DNA of 64,000 nt from assembly GCA_964016885.1 (NCBI GenBank), contig OZ024749.1:37696001-37760000 (forward strand), read 5' to 3'. The notes beneath the pieces are model-generated. The model ran no database searches, had not been told where the DNA came from, and saw only the letters and a list, made by a program, of their open reading frames with translations. The first letter of the stretch is position 1, and each line of letters opens with the position of its first letter. The translations under genes and the position numbers were made by a program. Below are positions 14,017-30,290 of this stretch, one piece after another. The DNA is from Eledone cirrhosa (lineage: Eukaryota).

Positions 14017-14036
14017 TGTATATATATATATATATA

Positions 14037-14086
<50 letters not shown>

Positions 14087-14745
14087 CGAGGTGTGTAGTT
14101 ACTAAAAACAAGGTTTAGGATGGTGGTTAAGACGGAACAAGAGGAGAAAGGAAGAAATGAGGTTCCTTCGTCAGCTGTATATGTTTATTATATACATACA
14201 TATATAAATATATATATGTGTGTGAATGTGTGTGTGTGTGTGTGTGCGTGAATATGTGTGTGTGTGTCTGAATGTGTGAGTGTGAGTTAGAAAGTGTGTC
14301 TGCGTGTGTATGTGAGAGTTCCTGTCTATACATCTGTATGGGTGCGTCTGTCTTAGAGTGTGTGTGTATATGTATGTATATATGTGTGTGTATATGTGTG
14401 TGTATATATATGTATGTGTGTTTGTGTGTGTGAGAGAGTGAGTATGTGTGTGTTGTGTGTGTGTGTGTGTGTTTGTGTGTGTGAGAGAGTGTGTATGTGT
14501 GTGTGTGTGTGGAGTAGTTTGAGGATGATAATAGCAACAAGTGAAGAGGTCATGTTTTCCTATGGTGGGGTGTGTATGTTGATTTCCGGTCGACCAGTTG
14601 CAAAAATATTTGTTATAGATAATTCTAGAAAAAGCAATTTTGATTTGGAAGCGACCCCAGAACTTATTGCTTCGGCTCAGAACATCTGAACATCGATACA
14701 CTTCAATTCCGTCATTTAGCGAAGACCCTACACTCTGTGTAGTAA

Positions 14746-15005
14746 TAATTGTTTTTACTTTTTGGCACAAGGCCAGCAATTAACCAGTGCATTACTGGTA
14801 CTTTATTTTATCGACCCCGTAAGGATGAAAAGCAAAGTTAACCTCGGCGGGGTTTTGAACTCAGAATGGCAAGGGTCGTAACTCTATGCGTCAAAGCATG
14901 GCGTCCGGCCCTCTACCGATATATGCCAATTAAATAAATTTGAAGATCCCGATAAGGGTGAAAGCAGCGATTCTTTGCTTAAACTTTAATCTGTTATTTT
15001 AATAA

Positions 15006-15044
<39 letters not shown>

Positions 15045-15413
15045 TAGATAGATAGATAGATAGATAAGATATATATACACACACAAACACAAACACACGC
15101 ACACACACACACATATATATATATATTTATTAAAATAACAGATTAAAGTTTTAGTCTTCAAATTTATTATTATTACTATATATATATATATATGATATAT
15201 GATATATATATATATGTCTATATATATATATATATACACATATATATGTATAATTATTTCTACTTTGGGCACAAGGCCAGCAAATACCCAGTGCATTACT
15301 GGTACTTTATTTTATCGACCCCGTAAGGATGAAAGGCAAAGTTAACCTCGGCGGGATATGAACGCAGATCGTAAAGGGATGTAACTGTGCTGCAAAGCAT
15401 GGCGTCCGACCCT
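14746..15413 (-). mobile_element. Two SINE A copies (14746-14930, 15252-15413)
   Basis: Reverse complement of the consensus; unrelated DNA lies between the copies. Confidence 0.8.
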
Positions 15414-15655
15414 ATAATGTATTATAATATATATAGAGGGAGATTTTTGCTGACAGTGAGTAGATTCATTGTAACATTAACGGTCTTATTTACGTATATA
15501 CATATATACATATATATACACACATACACATGTATGTATGACGGATATTCCTGGCTTCTATTTCTAATTCTTAATTTATTATATATATCATATTTGCAAC
15601 AACACAGCTCGCCCGCCATTTTTCATTCATATATGTATATATATATATATATATA

Positions 15656-15846
15656 GGAACCAGTAAGACCCCGACAGCTGAGCTCAAGCCGTTTCGACGG
15701 CTAATTCTGAGTCCAGAATTAGCCGTCGAAACGGCTTGAGCTCAGCTGTCGGGGTCTTACCGGTTCCTATTACCCACTCTACTACCTCAAGTATTGAGTA
15801 CTTTGGTGCGTTATGGTCCACCTGGTTCCTTACCACATTTCCTTCG

Positions 15847-15847
<1 letters not shown>
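15656..15847 (+). mobile_element. F1 island: ~115-bp palindrome containing an HHR 3' half, plus ~80-bp tail, in (TA)n
   Basis: GAAA-CGGC-ttgagctca-GCTGTC-ggggtc; inverted repeat 15653-15770; tail ends TTCCTTCGT-(TA)n. Confidence 0.85.
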
Positions 15848-15890
<43 letters not shown>

Positions 15891-15896
<6 letters not shown>

Positions 15897-16018
15897 AATA
15901 TGGGGAGAAGAATACTGCATGGTTGCACATGTATTACATGTTATAAAATGAGTCCCTCATCAGTGATTTGCCAACGATCATTGGTATTTCATCGCATTAA
16001 AAATCATATACCTCACGT
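15891..16018 (-). mobile_element. TA-flanked island F9 with CTGATGA motif
   Basis: Homologous to 44144-44260. Confidence 0.6.
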
Positions 16019-16211
16019 TATATATATATATATGAATAAAAAAGAAATTTCTACAAATTTGTGTGTATGTATGTATGTATGTGTGTGTGTGTATATACAC
16101 ACACACACATACACACATACACACATACACACATACATTTGTAGAATTTTTTTTTTGTACAAATTTCTACAAATTTCATACGTGACGACCCAATATATAT
16201 ATATATATATA

Positions 16212-17348
16212 TTGTTTCTACTTTAGGCACAAGGCCAGCAATTACCCAGTACATTACTGGTACTTTATTTTATCGACCCCGTAAGGATGAAAGGCAAAGT
16301 TATCCTCGGCGGGATTTGAACTCAGATCGTAAAGGGACGTAACTATGCTAGAAAGCATGGCGTCCAACCCTCTACCGATACTGCCAATTCACCGCCATAT
16401 ATATTGTTACATAGTTAGTTAGAGGGAGTTAGATAGAGAGAGAGAGAGTTGAATATACAAATAGCCAGTATTTTTTAGTAATTATTGGTGGCACCTGTGT
16501 GATCACACTATGTTTATACCGGAATAAGATAGTTAGCGTTAAAAGTGCGTATTAATGTATTAATGTATTAATGTATTAATGTATTAACACGGCCGTCTGT
16601 CAGTGGTTGTCTAATACGAAGAGTGAAATCCCACCGAGAAAATGTATATACACAATATTTAAAATATATATTGCTATACAATATGTATAATATAGAGTTT
16701 TTTTTCTCTACTTTTGACACAAGGCCAGCAATTATCCCAATGTATTACTGGTACTTTATTTTATCGACCCCGTAAGGATGAAAGGCAAAGTTAACCTCGG
16801 CGGGATTTGAACTCAGACTGTAAAGGGCCGTAACTCCATGCTGCAAAGCATAGTGTCTGACTCTCTACCGATACTGCCAATCCAATGGTTTCTGATTTAG
16901 GCATAAGTCTAACAATTTTGTGGGAGGGGAAATTCGATTAAATCAACCCCTGTTTGTGACAGGTACTTTATTTTATCGACCCCCATAAGGATAAAAGGCA
17001 AAGTTAACCTCGGCAGTATTTGAACTCAGAATGAAAAGGGCCGTAACTATATGTCGCAAAGCATATTGCATGATGATCCAGCACCACCATAATTGTTTCT
17101 GCTTTTGACACAAGGCTAGCATTTGGAAGGGAAGGGGACAGTCGATTAAATCGACTTATTACTTGCTTAGATTGGCAATATACGTAGATAGTCAGACGCC
17201 ATGCTTTGCAGCATAGAGTTACGCCCCTTTACGGTCTGAGTTCAAATCCCGCCTAGGTAAACTTTGCCTTTCATCCTTACGGGGTGGATAAAATAAAGTA
17301 CCAGTAAAGCACTGGGGTAATTGCTGGCCTTGTGCCGAAAGTAGAAAA
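16212..17348. mobile_element. SINE A cluster (16212-16397 -, 16703-16884 -, 16887-17065 -, 17091-17156 -, 17169-17348 +)
   Basis: Matches the consensus. Confidence 0.8.
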
Positions 17349-17985
17349 ACTTATTTTAACACCCCTGGCAGTATAAAAGTCAAAGTTAACGTCTGTGTGA
17401 TTTGAAACCAGATTTGAAACCAGGGTGTAATAAAATATCACAATGCATTCCATTCGAGGATCTACCGATTCTGCCAATCCTACTTCATGTGTGTTACTTC
17501 ATTTTTTTTCACAATTTCTTTCTTTTAATTTTCTGTCTTTCAACACAGATATCTTTTCATGTGTTCTTAAGTTATGACATCATAGTATCTCAATTATGTT
17601 GTTTTAATGACAACAGAGCAAACCTTCTACTAACTGTACATGTTTTCATTACAAAACGGTATCAATGTCTTTATGAATGTAGGTGAATAAGTTTAAATAG
17701 TTTTGAAGTCAGACTTTATTTTTACATCTTCAAAAGATTGTCTTTCTTTCTTTCTTTCTTTCTTTTTTTCTTTTTCTTTCTTTCTTTCTTTCTTTCTTTT
17801 TTTCTTTTTCTTTCTTTTCCTTTCTTTCTTTCATTCATTCCTCTCATTCTCATGCTCTCCATCCATTTCTTCCTCTTCAAATGCCTTGTGATATTAATAA
17901 CTATCTAAAATATTAAGTAGTTTATGTCATCTATATCTATTTTACTTAGAAAGGGATTTATAAATGGTCACAATTTATACACAGT

Positions 17986-18044
<59 letters not shown>

Positions 18045-18911
18045 TGTTTGTGTGTGTGTATATGTATAATGTCCAAGCGATTAGAGATTATTTTCCTAAA
18101 TTTCTATACGAATATTACCCAAGGTTGAGGTAGTCAATATATCTGAACTTTGGTTTGTGAGGGAATGTATCTTCTTAGGATATATATTTATATACGTATG
18201 AATTTATGTACGTATGAATTTATGTACGTAATTTTACCGTCTGTGAACGGCTGGTACTCCATAACAGACGGGTAAAATTTAACCAATACTCCTTACAACC
18301 AGAAACGAATAAACGAGAGAATCTGAGAAAGATAATATAAAGCAAATGTAGGGATATAATAAAATAGTAAAAGCAAGGACAATTATTCCGGAGATAAATG
18401 TTTCTGTTGTTGAATCTTTCGGTAGCCTCTATATATCTGATGACCTTGTGTATTGGAAGACCTTATTAATGGTTAGTAAATCCTTGTCATTGTATTTATT
18501 GTACCATTTATCTTAATAAATTCTTAAAGAACTGTTTTAAACTGTCTTCTTTCTCAGACTCGTGATTTACACTTGAATCAATAATGTCAAACGTTTCTGG
18601 GTAATTTCTACGAGAACATAGAAATGATTCTCCATAGGGTAGACTCTTTGAAATGTTTTCATCTTCCAAATGGACTATATGGCCTGCTGTACATTCCATC
18701 ATATAAGTAAAACTTACACCTCAACACTCCTCTTATAAATCTTTATATAGACAGTTATGTTAAATTTATTAAAGACACATTTTTCTTTCCTGAAAATACT
18801 TCAAATGCTTATCATGCTTTGAATTAAATATATTTCACAACCATTAAAAAATAAACATCCTCATACACACATATACATACATACACACGCACACGCACAC
18901 ACACACACATG

Positions 18912-18967
<56 letters not shown>

Positions 18968-18973
<6 letters not shown>

Positions 18974-19173
18974 GTAAGGTTTTTTTTACAAAATGAAAAA
19001 TAACCGAGGTGTCCTACACGTGTGAAAGTATAAAGAAAAAAAGATGAAATCGAAAATGCAACCGGAGTCTTATTTTTTTTTTAAATATTAATATTTATTT
19101 GGTTCCTTTACCGGTTTCGCGGTTCTTCTGCTTTTCAAAAGTAGAGTTGAGATGGAGGGTCTGTGGTTTTTCT

Positions 19174-19176
<3 letters not shown>
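18968..19176 (-). mobile_element. F3 island with U3-A8 HHR at 19106-19141
   Basis: Reverse complement of 940-1086 with a longer 3' tail; TA on both sides. Confidence 0.75.
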
Positions 19177-19259
<83 letters not shown>

Positions 19260-19268
19260 CACACACAC

Positions 19269-19302
<34 letters not shown>

Positions 19303-19310
19303 ATATACAT

Positions 19311-19383
<73 letters not shown>

Positions 19384-19389
19384 TATATA

Positions 19390-19929
<540 letters not shown>

Positions 19930-20689
19930 ATATATATATTTATTTATCTATATTTATATTATTCATAAAAAAGACGTATATACATGTGTTAAGTGTGTAC
20001 GGGTGCGTCTCTGTCAGTGTCTATGTATACACACACACATGCATGCATGCATACATATACACATATCCACATGTATACATGAATATATACATATATTTAT
20101 ACAAACATATATATACTTACATATATCCATGCACACATACATCCATGCATATCTATGGATGGATGTAATCTCATAAATTTAATAACAATACCCTCACTAA
20201 CATTATTAAATTATTTGATCTGATACTTGGTTGAAATGAAAAACATTATAGCAACAACAGCAACAAAAAGAAAAACAATCACAGAATCATCATCACCATC
20301 ATCATCATCAACAGTATCAACAATAACAACAATAAAGACAAAACAACAACAATAGCAACAGATTATTTCATCTTTACGACTAGGCCATAAAAAAAATATA
20401 AATCTTTTTTTGGTCATTCATCTCTGAGGTCGTAAAAAACACGGCACAATATATGATATTAATATTAGTACTATTATTATTATACAGTCTGAACAATGGA
20501 AAGGGAGATAGCTGAAACCCGTTTACACTGAAGACCACGCCCAAAAGACATTACACACCTATTGACATCGCCATTGAGTTCATGCTCTGCTTAGTAAACG
20601 GTGTGACATTATTGCATTGTATTAAAAGTCGTCGCTAAAGCAAACCTTTCATTCGATCGGCTTCTTGATATGTTTATACATATATAATA

Positions 20690-21560
<871 letters not shown>

Positions 21561-21708
21561 TATATGTGTGTGTGTTTGGGAGTGTACATATGGCTATATA
21601 CATGATATACACACCTGTACTTATATATATTCACCCATGCAAACATCTGTGGCCGTATGTATATACAGTGTGTTTTATGGCCCGTGTTACACGACATCAT
21701 TATGAATT

Positions 21709-21740
<32 letters not shown>

Positions 21741-21749
21741 CACACGCAC

Positions 21750-21847
<98 letters not shown>

Positions 21848-22045
21848 GTGTGTTTACATACAGAATAGCTGGATACTCACAGTAAAGTAACCAGTGAAAG
21901 ACTATGTATACGTGTGTGTATTCATATGCATACTAGTATTTCAGTATACATATGTGGATGTACATTTTTAACTTAATTGTTTAAGCGTCAGTCATACAAA
22001 AGTGAGTTACAAACGAAACGAAATTAAATTTCGTTTCGTTATTTG

Positions 22046-22093
<48 letters not shown>

Positions 22094-22353
22094 ATGTATG
22101 TAAGTACAAACGTCCATTCAAGTTTTGTCTTTGAATGTTTTTGTCAATATACTGGAGATAAGGAAAAGTAACATCCCACTGAATTAACGATTTCCTACAT
22201 TGGTGTATTTAGTGTAAAGTTTATGTACAAATAATTACTTCTTATTTCCCACCCATTCTGTTTATTATGTGATGTGATGTGTGTGTGTGTGTTTGTGCGT
22301 GTGTATGTGTGTGTGTGAGTTTTTCTATCTCACATATATATATATTTATGCAT

Positions 22354-22538
<185 letters not shown>

Positions 22539-22562
22539 TACATATATACATATATATATATA

Positions 22563-22805
22563 ATATAAGATCAAAAGTTGGTTAAAGGAGTTCCATGTAT
22601 TTTATTATGCGCATTTCAAAAACAAACATCATCATGCTACAAACATCATCATATTGTTTTTGAAATGCGCATAATAAAATACATGGAACTCCTTTAACCA
22701 TCTTTTGATCTTATATTATGTATACTCCAGTCCTACAAACTGTAGAGTGCTTCTTATCCGATATCTGCATTGCTTTATTGTACTACAATAAAACTCACCT
22801 CCTAC

Positions 22806-22807
<2 letters not shown>
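22563..22807 (+). mobile_element. F2 island, palindromic form (junction in helix II) plus tail
   Basis: Inverted repeat 22563-22626 / 22653-22716; GAAATGCGCATA present; CTGATGA absent. Confidence 0.8.
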
Positions 22808-22892
<85 letters not shown>

Positions 22893-22937
22893 CATACATG
22901 TATATGCATAAATATATATATGTGAGATACAAAAACT

Positions 22938-22971
<34 letters not shown>

Positions 22972-23147
22972 CACATATATATACATATATGATAAGCCAT
23001 AAAAATACACACACAAGCACACACAAATACGCACACACACGCGCACACGCACGCACACATCTATATATACTAATTCTTCACCCCTCCATACATCGAGTAT
23101 TGATTTGTGGTACCCTCTGTCCTCGTTCCGCAGTATAAAAAAGATAT

Positions 23148-23180
<33 letters not shown>

Positions 23181-23183
23181 AAT

Positions 23184-23218
<35 letters not shown>

Positions 23219-23249
23219 AATATATATATATATAAATATATATATATAA

Positions 23250-23280
<31 letters not shown>

Positions 23281-23419
23281 GGAACGTGTAGGACCCCGAC
23301 GGCTGAGCTCAAGCCGTTTCGACGGGGTCCTACTCGTTCCTATTACCCACTCTACTACCCTAAGTATTGAGTACTTTGGTGCGTTATGGTCCACCTGGTT
23401 CCTTACCACATTTCCTTCG

Positions 23420-23465
<46 letters not shown>

Positions 23466-23477
23466 CGAAGGAAATAT

Positions 23478-23518
<41 letters not shown>

Positions 23519-23709
23519 CGAAGGAAATGTGGTAAGGAACCAGGTGGACCATAACGCACCAAAGTACTCAATACTTGGGGTAGTAGAGTGGGTAATAGGA
23601 ACCAGTAAGACCCCGACAGCTGAGATCAAGCCGTTTCGACGGCTAATTCTGGACTAGAATTAGCCGTCGAGACGGCTTGAGCTCAGCTGTCGGGGTCTTA
23701 CTGGTTCCT
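23281..23709. mobile_element. F1 islands: 23281-23421 (+), 23464-23480 fragment (-), 23516-23709 (-)
   Basis: Match 15656-15847. Confidence 0.8.
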
Positions 23710-23811
23710 ATATATATATATATATATACACATATATATATGTGTGTATATATGTGCATATATATATATAGTTATATATGTATGTATATATCTGTTTATA
23801 TATATATATAC

Positions 23812-23893
<82 letters not shown>

Positions 23894-24188
23894 CGTGTGT
23901 ATTAATATTTTTGTTTTAATTTACTTCGTAAAATCTTTTGGCTAAAATTAGAAACATATTCATAAATCTTCAACATATGTTTATCACAAGAAGGTTCAGT
24001 TATATATATATTCGCACACGCTAACAAACGTATACGCCTACTTTATACCTTATTAATCTTATGCATTGAACTTATTTCATGTATGGGAATGCATGTCCAT
24101 AAGTGTATGCGCGTGTGTGTGTGTTTGATTATACACACAGACACAAATTCCCATATATATATATACATATATATATATATATGCGCAT

Positions 24189-24258
<70 letters not shown>

Positions 24259-24275
24259 GTATATATATATACATA

Positions 24276-24345
<70 letters not shown>

Positions 24346-24947
24346 CATATATACATACACAAATACACACAGGCGCGCACACAAATATTTTCATACATAT
24401 ATACGTATGCAGGTATATGCGTGTACGTTTAGTGCTCCCTTATCTTGCAATCACACATTCACATTAATATGTACTCAAACTCACACACGCACAGCCCTTC
24501 CCTATACGTCCTTTCTTACCCCGACCTAACTTTATATTCAATTGTTTTCGTTAGGGTTCTTCCAATTGCCCCTCGGCTATATATTTGAAGCAATCATCAT
24601 CGGAACACTAATTTCTAGTTCTTTTTGTCTGATCACATTTATTTCACTGCCAAAATATCTTGCAATTTTCCACCAAAACCTAACAATATTCAGATTTAAA
24701 ACTTTTCAAAAAGAACTAATTTTTTTCCGGTGTCTGAAATTAGATGTGTCATTTGGTAATTAGGTAACCTTGTGTTTGATGAACGAATTCACAAAATCTA
24801 GTCACTAGTCCCTCTGAAATTAATTAAGATTGACACAGAATGACCTCTTAGTACGTAGCTACAAACTCATATAGACGCAGACACGCACGCACACACAGGC
24901 ACACGCACATATTTATTGCACGTATATGCATATTTACACATTTATTG

Positions 24948-25997
<1,050 letters not shown>

Positions 25998-26536
25998 GGC
26001 GACTAAACTGGCAACCCCCACCAAGGTTTCCTCAGTGAGGAGGGTGACTTTCGACATCCTACAGGACTAAAAACAAAACCTGTCAAAGGGCAAAGGAGCT
26101 CTTAAGAGTCAATGGCCATCCAAAATCACCAGGAGAGATGACCCCTTAGCCTTTGTCAAGGCAGAATTCTAGGAGAAGGAAAACTCTGATATAACACCTG
26201 CAACTCTGATGGTATCCAATGATGTTGACTTGTTCTTCTTTTTAGTAAATATCATCTTGGTTAAGAGAGTGGGACTGGCTTTGTGCAGTGCTTTGCTCAC
26301 TATAAAAGCTTCACGACACAGGCATTGCTTTATATCTGGAGATCTCTCTGCACTTGTCATCACATGGTACCATGGGCCCAGCACTGTGTCAATAATTGTC
26401 ACAAGTATAGTGTTTGTACCAGAGGTTTCAAGTCGCTGGCTGGACTAAAAAGTCACACTCGTTCAGCGCATCGGTAGGGGGTCTCCTACATGGATATAAA
26501 TAGTGGCCGTATTCGAAAACGAGTTGGCAGCCACCA
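25998..26536 (+). mobile_element. Bipartite non-autonomous RTE derivative (5' UTR plus extreme 3' end)
   Basis: RTE 5'-UTR-type motif CTAGGAGAAGGAAAACTCTGA; the 3' part encodes SVCTRGFKSLAGLKSHTRSAHR*, resembling the Cys/His motif at RTE C-termini. Confidence 0.7.
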
Positions 26537-26551
26537 TATATATATATATAT

Positions 26552-26611
<60 letters not shown>

Positions 26612-26967
26612 TACATGCATACATATTATATGTATAGATAAGATATACGAACATATTTTATTACATATATTATTTTTTAGTATTTTATTCCCAGCCCACA
26701 GTACAATTTCTTTCACTCGTTGGTAATTTATCATTCAACATGCATTTTTAATCGTCATTATCCTGTTACTAATTCTTTCAAGAATTCTTTATCCATTTCT
26801 TCAGCATATTTATAAATTAACTTTCAAAACATACATTTGAACTGATGTTGAGAACTTTATAGCTTTCTTGGTTTATGTGCCGCTTACATCCTATCTAATA
26901 GAAAGGACTCAACTCGATATATCCTTGCTGTCACATATATATTATCAGGACAAAGCAAACTGCTTTC

Positions 26968-27596
26968 CCGCCGATGTTAACTTTGCCTTTCATCCTTATG
27001 GGGTCGATAAAATAAAGTACCAGTAATGTACTGGGTAATTTCTGGTCTTGTGCCTAAAGAAGAAACAATTATGTTAACTGAATTAAGGGCGGGGAATTGG
27101 CAGTATCGGTAGATAGTTGGACACCATGCTTTGCAGAATAGAGTTACGGCCCTTTGCGGTCTGAGTTCCAATCCCGTCGATGTTAACTTTGCCCTTCATC
27201 CTTACGGGGTCAATAAAATAAAAAATAAAGTACCAGTAATGCACTGGTATAATTGCTGTCCTTGTACCAAAAGTATAAACCATTATTTTAACTGAAGTAG
27301 AAAGGATTTCATTATGGCTGGCGGATTGGCAGTATCGGTAGAGGGTCGGACGCCATGCTTTCCAGCATAGTTACGTCCCTTTATGATCTGAGTAGAAAGG
27401 ATTTCATTATGGCTGGCGGATTAGTATCGGTAGAGGGTCGGACGCCATACTTTCCAGCATAGTTACGTCCCTTTATGATCTGAGTTCAAATCCCGCCGAG
27501 GTTAACTTTGCCTTTCATCCTTACGGGGTCGATAAAATAAAGTACCAGTAATGCACTGGAATAATTGCTGGCCTTGAGCCTAAAATAGAAACAATT
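26968..27596 (+). mobile_element. SINE A cluster with a local tandem duplication of a SINE head
   Basis: Copies at 26968-27070, 27087-27283, 27316-27391 and 27410-27596. Confidence 0.8.
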
Positions 27597-27604
27597 ATGG
27601 CTTG

Positions 27605-27684
27605 TATTGGTTCTTCAAGTATGAAATTTGTAAAAATTTGTAGGAAAAAAAATGTCTACAAATTTCCTGCTTGACGATCCAATA
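27605..27684. mobile_element. 80-bp mariner-type MITE (MADE1-like size) with TA ends
   Basis: TA-TTGGTTCTTCAAGTATGAAATTTGTA...TACAAATTTCCTGCTTGACGATCCAA-TA; better-preserved right half at 16137-16195. Confidence 0.65.
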
Positions 27685-28222
27685 TTTAGTTAGAATATTT
27701 AGTTACAAAATACATTTCGTTTGTGATACGTTGATGTTCTGTTGCAGAATTGCTACATTGTTAGAATGGCCAAACGTCAGTATACGAAAGGTTTCTTCTT
27801 AGCATCTCTAAAAATTGACGCAGGAGGATATTTCTTTTGAACTGTCATTTTTTTATCCGAGTGTCATTCTTGTTGACTGATGTAGTGTTGATGGCAATTT
27901 TCTATATTACTGGATATATTAAATTATATATGTTGACGAAACATTGTTATTCATTTTTAAGATAGGCTATTCTGCATTTTCTAAATTCAGTACCTTCAGT
28001 TATGGTGTACAGAGTTCCATTACTCACAAAACTTTTTAATGGCATTTTGTCTAAATGCTCCCATTATATAATTAGATATTTATATAAGATTGAATAAATA
28101 TTTGTTGGATGTGTGTGTTGATTTCGTTTAAAATTCGAAACACTTGGTATGTCTCTTATTTTTAAATGTTGGTGTTTGGTTATATATATATATATATAGA
28201 GAGAGAGAGAAAGGGATAGAAA

Positions 28223-28254
<32 letters not shown>

Positions 28255-28255
28255 C

Positions 28256-28289
<34 letters not shown>

Positions 28290-28481
28290 AAGAGGGGTGG
28301 ATAGACAGATAGGTGTGTGTGTGTGTGTGTGAATGCATATATTTAATTGTGTGTGTGTGTGTGTGTGTATGTGACTGGGTATTTGTGTGGTTGTACATAT
28401 GAATACAGGTGCATTATTTCATTATTACTATTTGAGAGTAATATACAATATTCAAATACAATCTTCCCTCAAACACACGCA

Positions 28482-28629
<148 letters not shown>

Positions 28630-28848
28630 CGTATACTTATATATATGCATATATTTATATATATACATACACATAACACATATATGCAATGTGTATATTG
28701 GCTATACGTGTATGCTTCTGAGATTTGGAATGTCTATGTGTGAGAAAGTAAAAGAGACAGAGAAAGCCATTCAATCTACGTTTTTGTGTGTTTCTGTTTG
28801 TGTGTGTGAGTGCATGCGTATGTGTGTGCCTGAATGTATGTATGTATG

Positions 28849-28919
<71 letters not shown>

Positions 28920-29423
28920 GGTTGTATGTATGTGTGTATATGTGTGTTATATGTATATATGTATGGATATATGTATGGATGTATGTTTGTATGCATATAC
29001 ATATATATATGTGCGCTAGATGTGTGTTGGCACGTTTGTGCATATCCATATGATTTCATCATCGTCAACAAGGAGGAGTTCAGGTGTTTAGTGTTTTCTT
29101 GTAGCAATTAGTAACAGAGAGTGAATGTGTCGTTGTTGTAAATATCCTCCATTGAAGTGGTGGCCTTCGTTGGTTCCATTCGCCATTCAATCTCATTCCC
29201 ATTCTTTGCCAGTTTGAGGGAGCCTCATTTTATCACCTATCACCCAGAACTACACAACAACAACAACAACAACAACTACACAACAACAACAACTACAACA
29301 ACAATCTCGCAACATTCTTCTTTACATGTCTTCCAAATCATTCACTCTTTCATTCTTTCGTAACCATCCATTACTCGCCCTGCTAAAATAAAATAAAAAG
29401 TTTTAAAAAGGAAATAAATATCA

Positions 29424-29455
<32 letters not shown>

Positions 29456-29814
29456 GTCATTTTTATTATTAATAATAATGGTTTCTTTATTAACCACAAA
29501 GGGTTAACATCAAATCAAATATTATGACAGCACAAAAATATAGAGTGTGTGTGTGTGTGTGTGTGTGAATATGTGTTGGTTGGTGTGTGTGTTGGCGGTG
29601 TGGGAGGGGGGGGGGGTTAATAATAATAATTATTATAATAATAATAATAATTATAATGATAATAATATTTAATAGTAATAATAAAAATATTGTAAAAGAT
29701 AAATGTAAATGAATATAGAAATAAAATAAAATGAAATAAAATAAAAAATACTATCACAAAAACTCCTTTTGCGAAGACGTCATTATCTCTAACCTCCATT
29801 GTAGTTGTCGTTGA

Positions 29815-29816
29815 TG

Positions 29817-29853
<37 letters not shown>

Positions 29854-29981
29854 TATCATCATCATCATCACTGTTATACTCATAATCAACATCCTAATCA
29901 TTATCTCGGTTATAATCGTTATCCTCGTCATAATCAACATTACCGCCATCATCATTATCATAATAATCGTCATCATCATCG

Positions 29982-30012
<31 letters not shown>

Positions 30013-30290
30013 TACCTCCATCATCATTATTGTCATCAATATGAATATCATCATCATCATAATCGTCATTATTGTCATAATCTTCATCACCGTCATCATC
30101 ATCATCGTCACAATCATTATCAACATGGCCGTTATCATCACATCACCATCGTCGTCATTATCATCCTTAAGAGCGTCTTAGTTGTCTTAGTCGTCGTTGT
30201 CGTCCTTGTCGTCGTTGTCTTCTATGTCGTCATCATTATTGTCAACAGCAGTACCATTATTACCATCACCATCACCATCACCATCACCAG
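29815..30290. repeat. Degenerate (CAT)n array
   Basis: Seen directly. Confidence 0.85.

Noticed and set aside
14082-14178. CTGACGA plus hairpin on the minus strand (also CTGANGA at ~2705, 11003, 12289, 20528, 33524)
   Set aside because: No correctly placed GAAA, helix III or NUH.
18380-18702. Possible decayed coding sequence on the minus strand
   Set aside because: In-frame stops and no recognisable domain.
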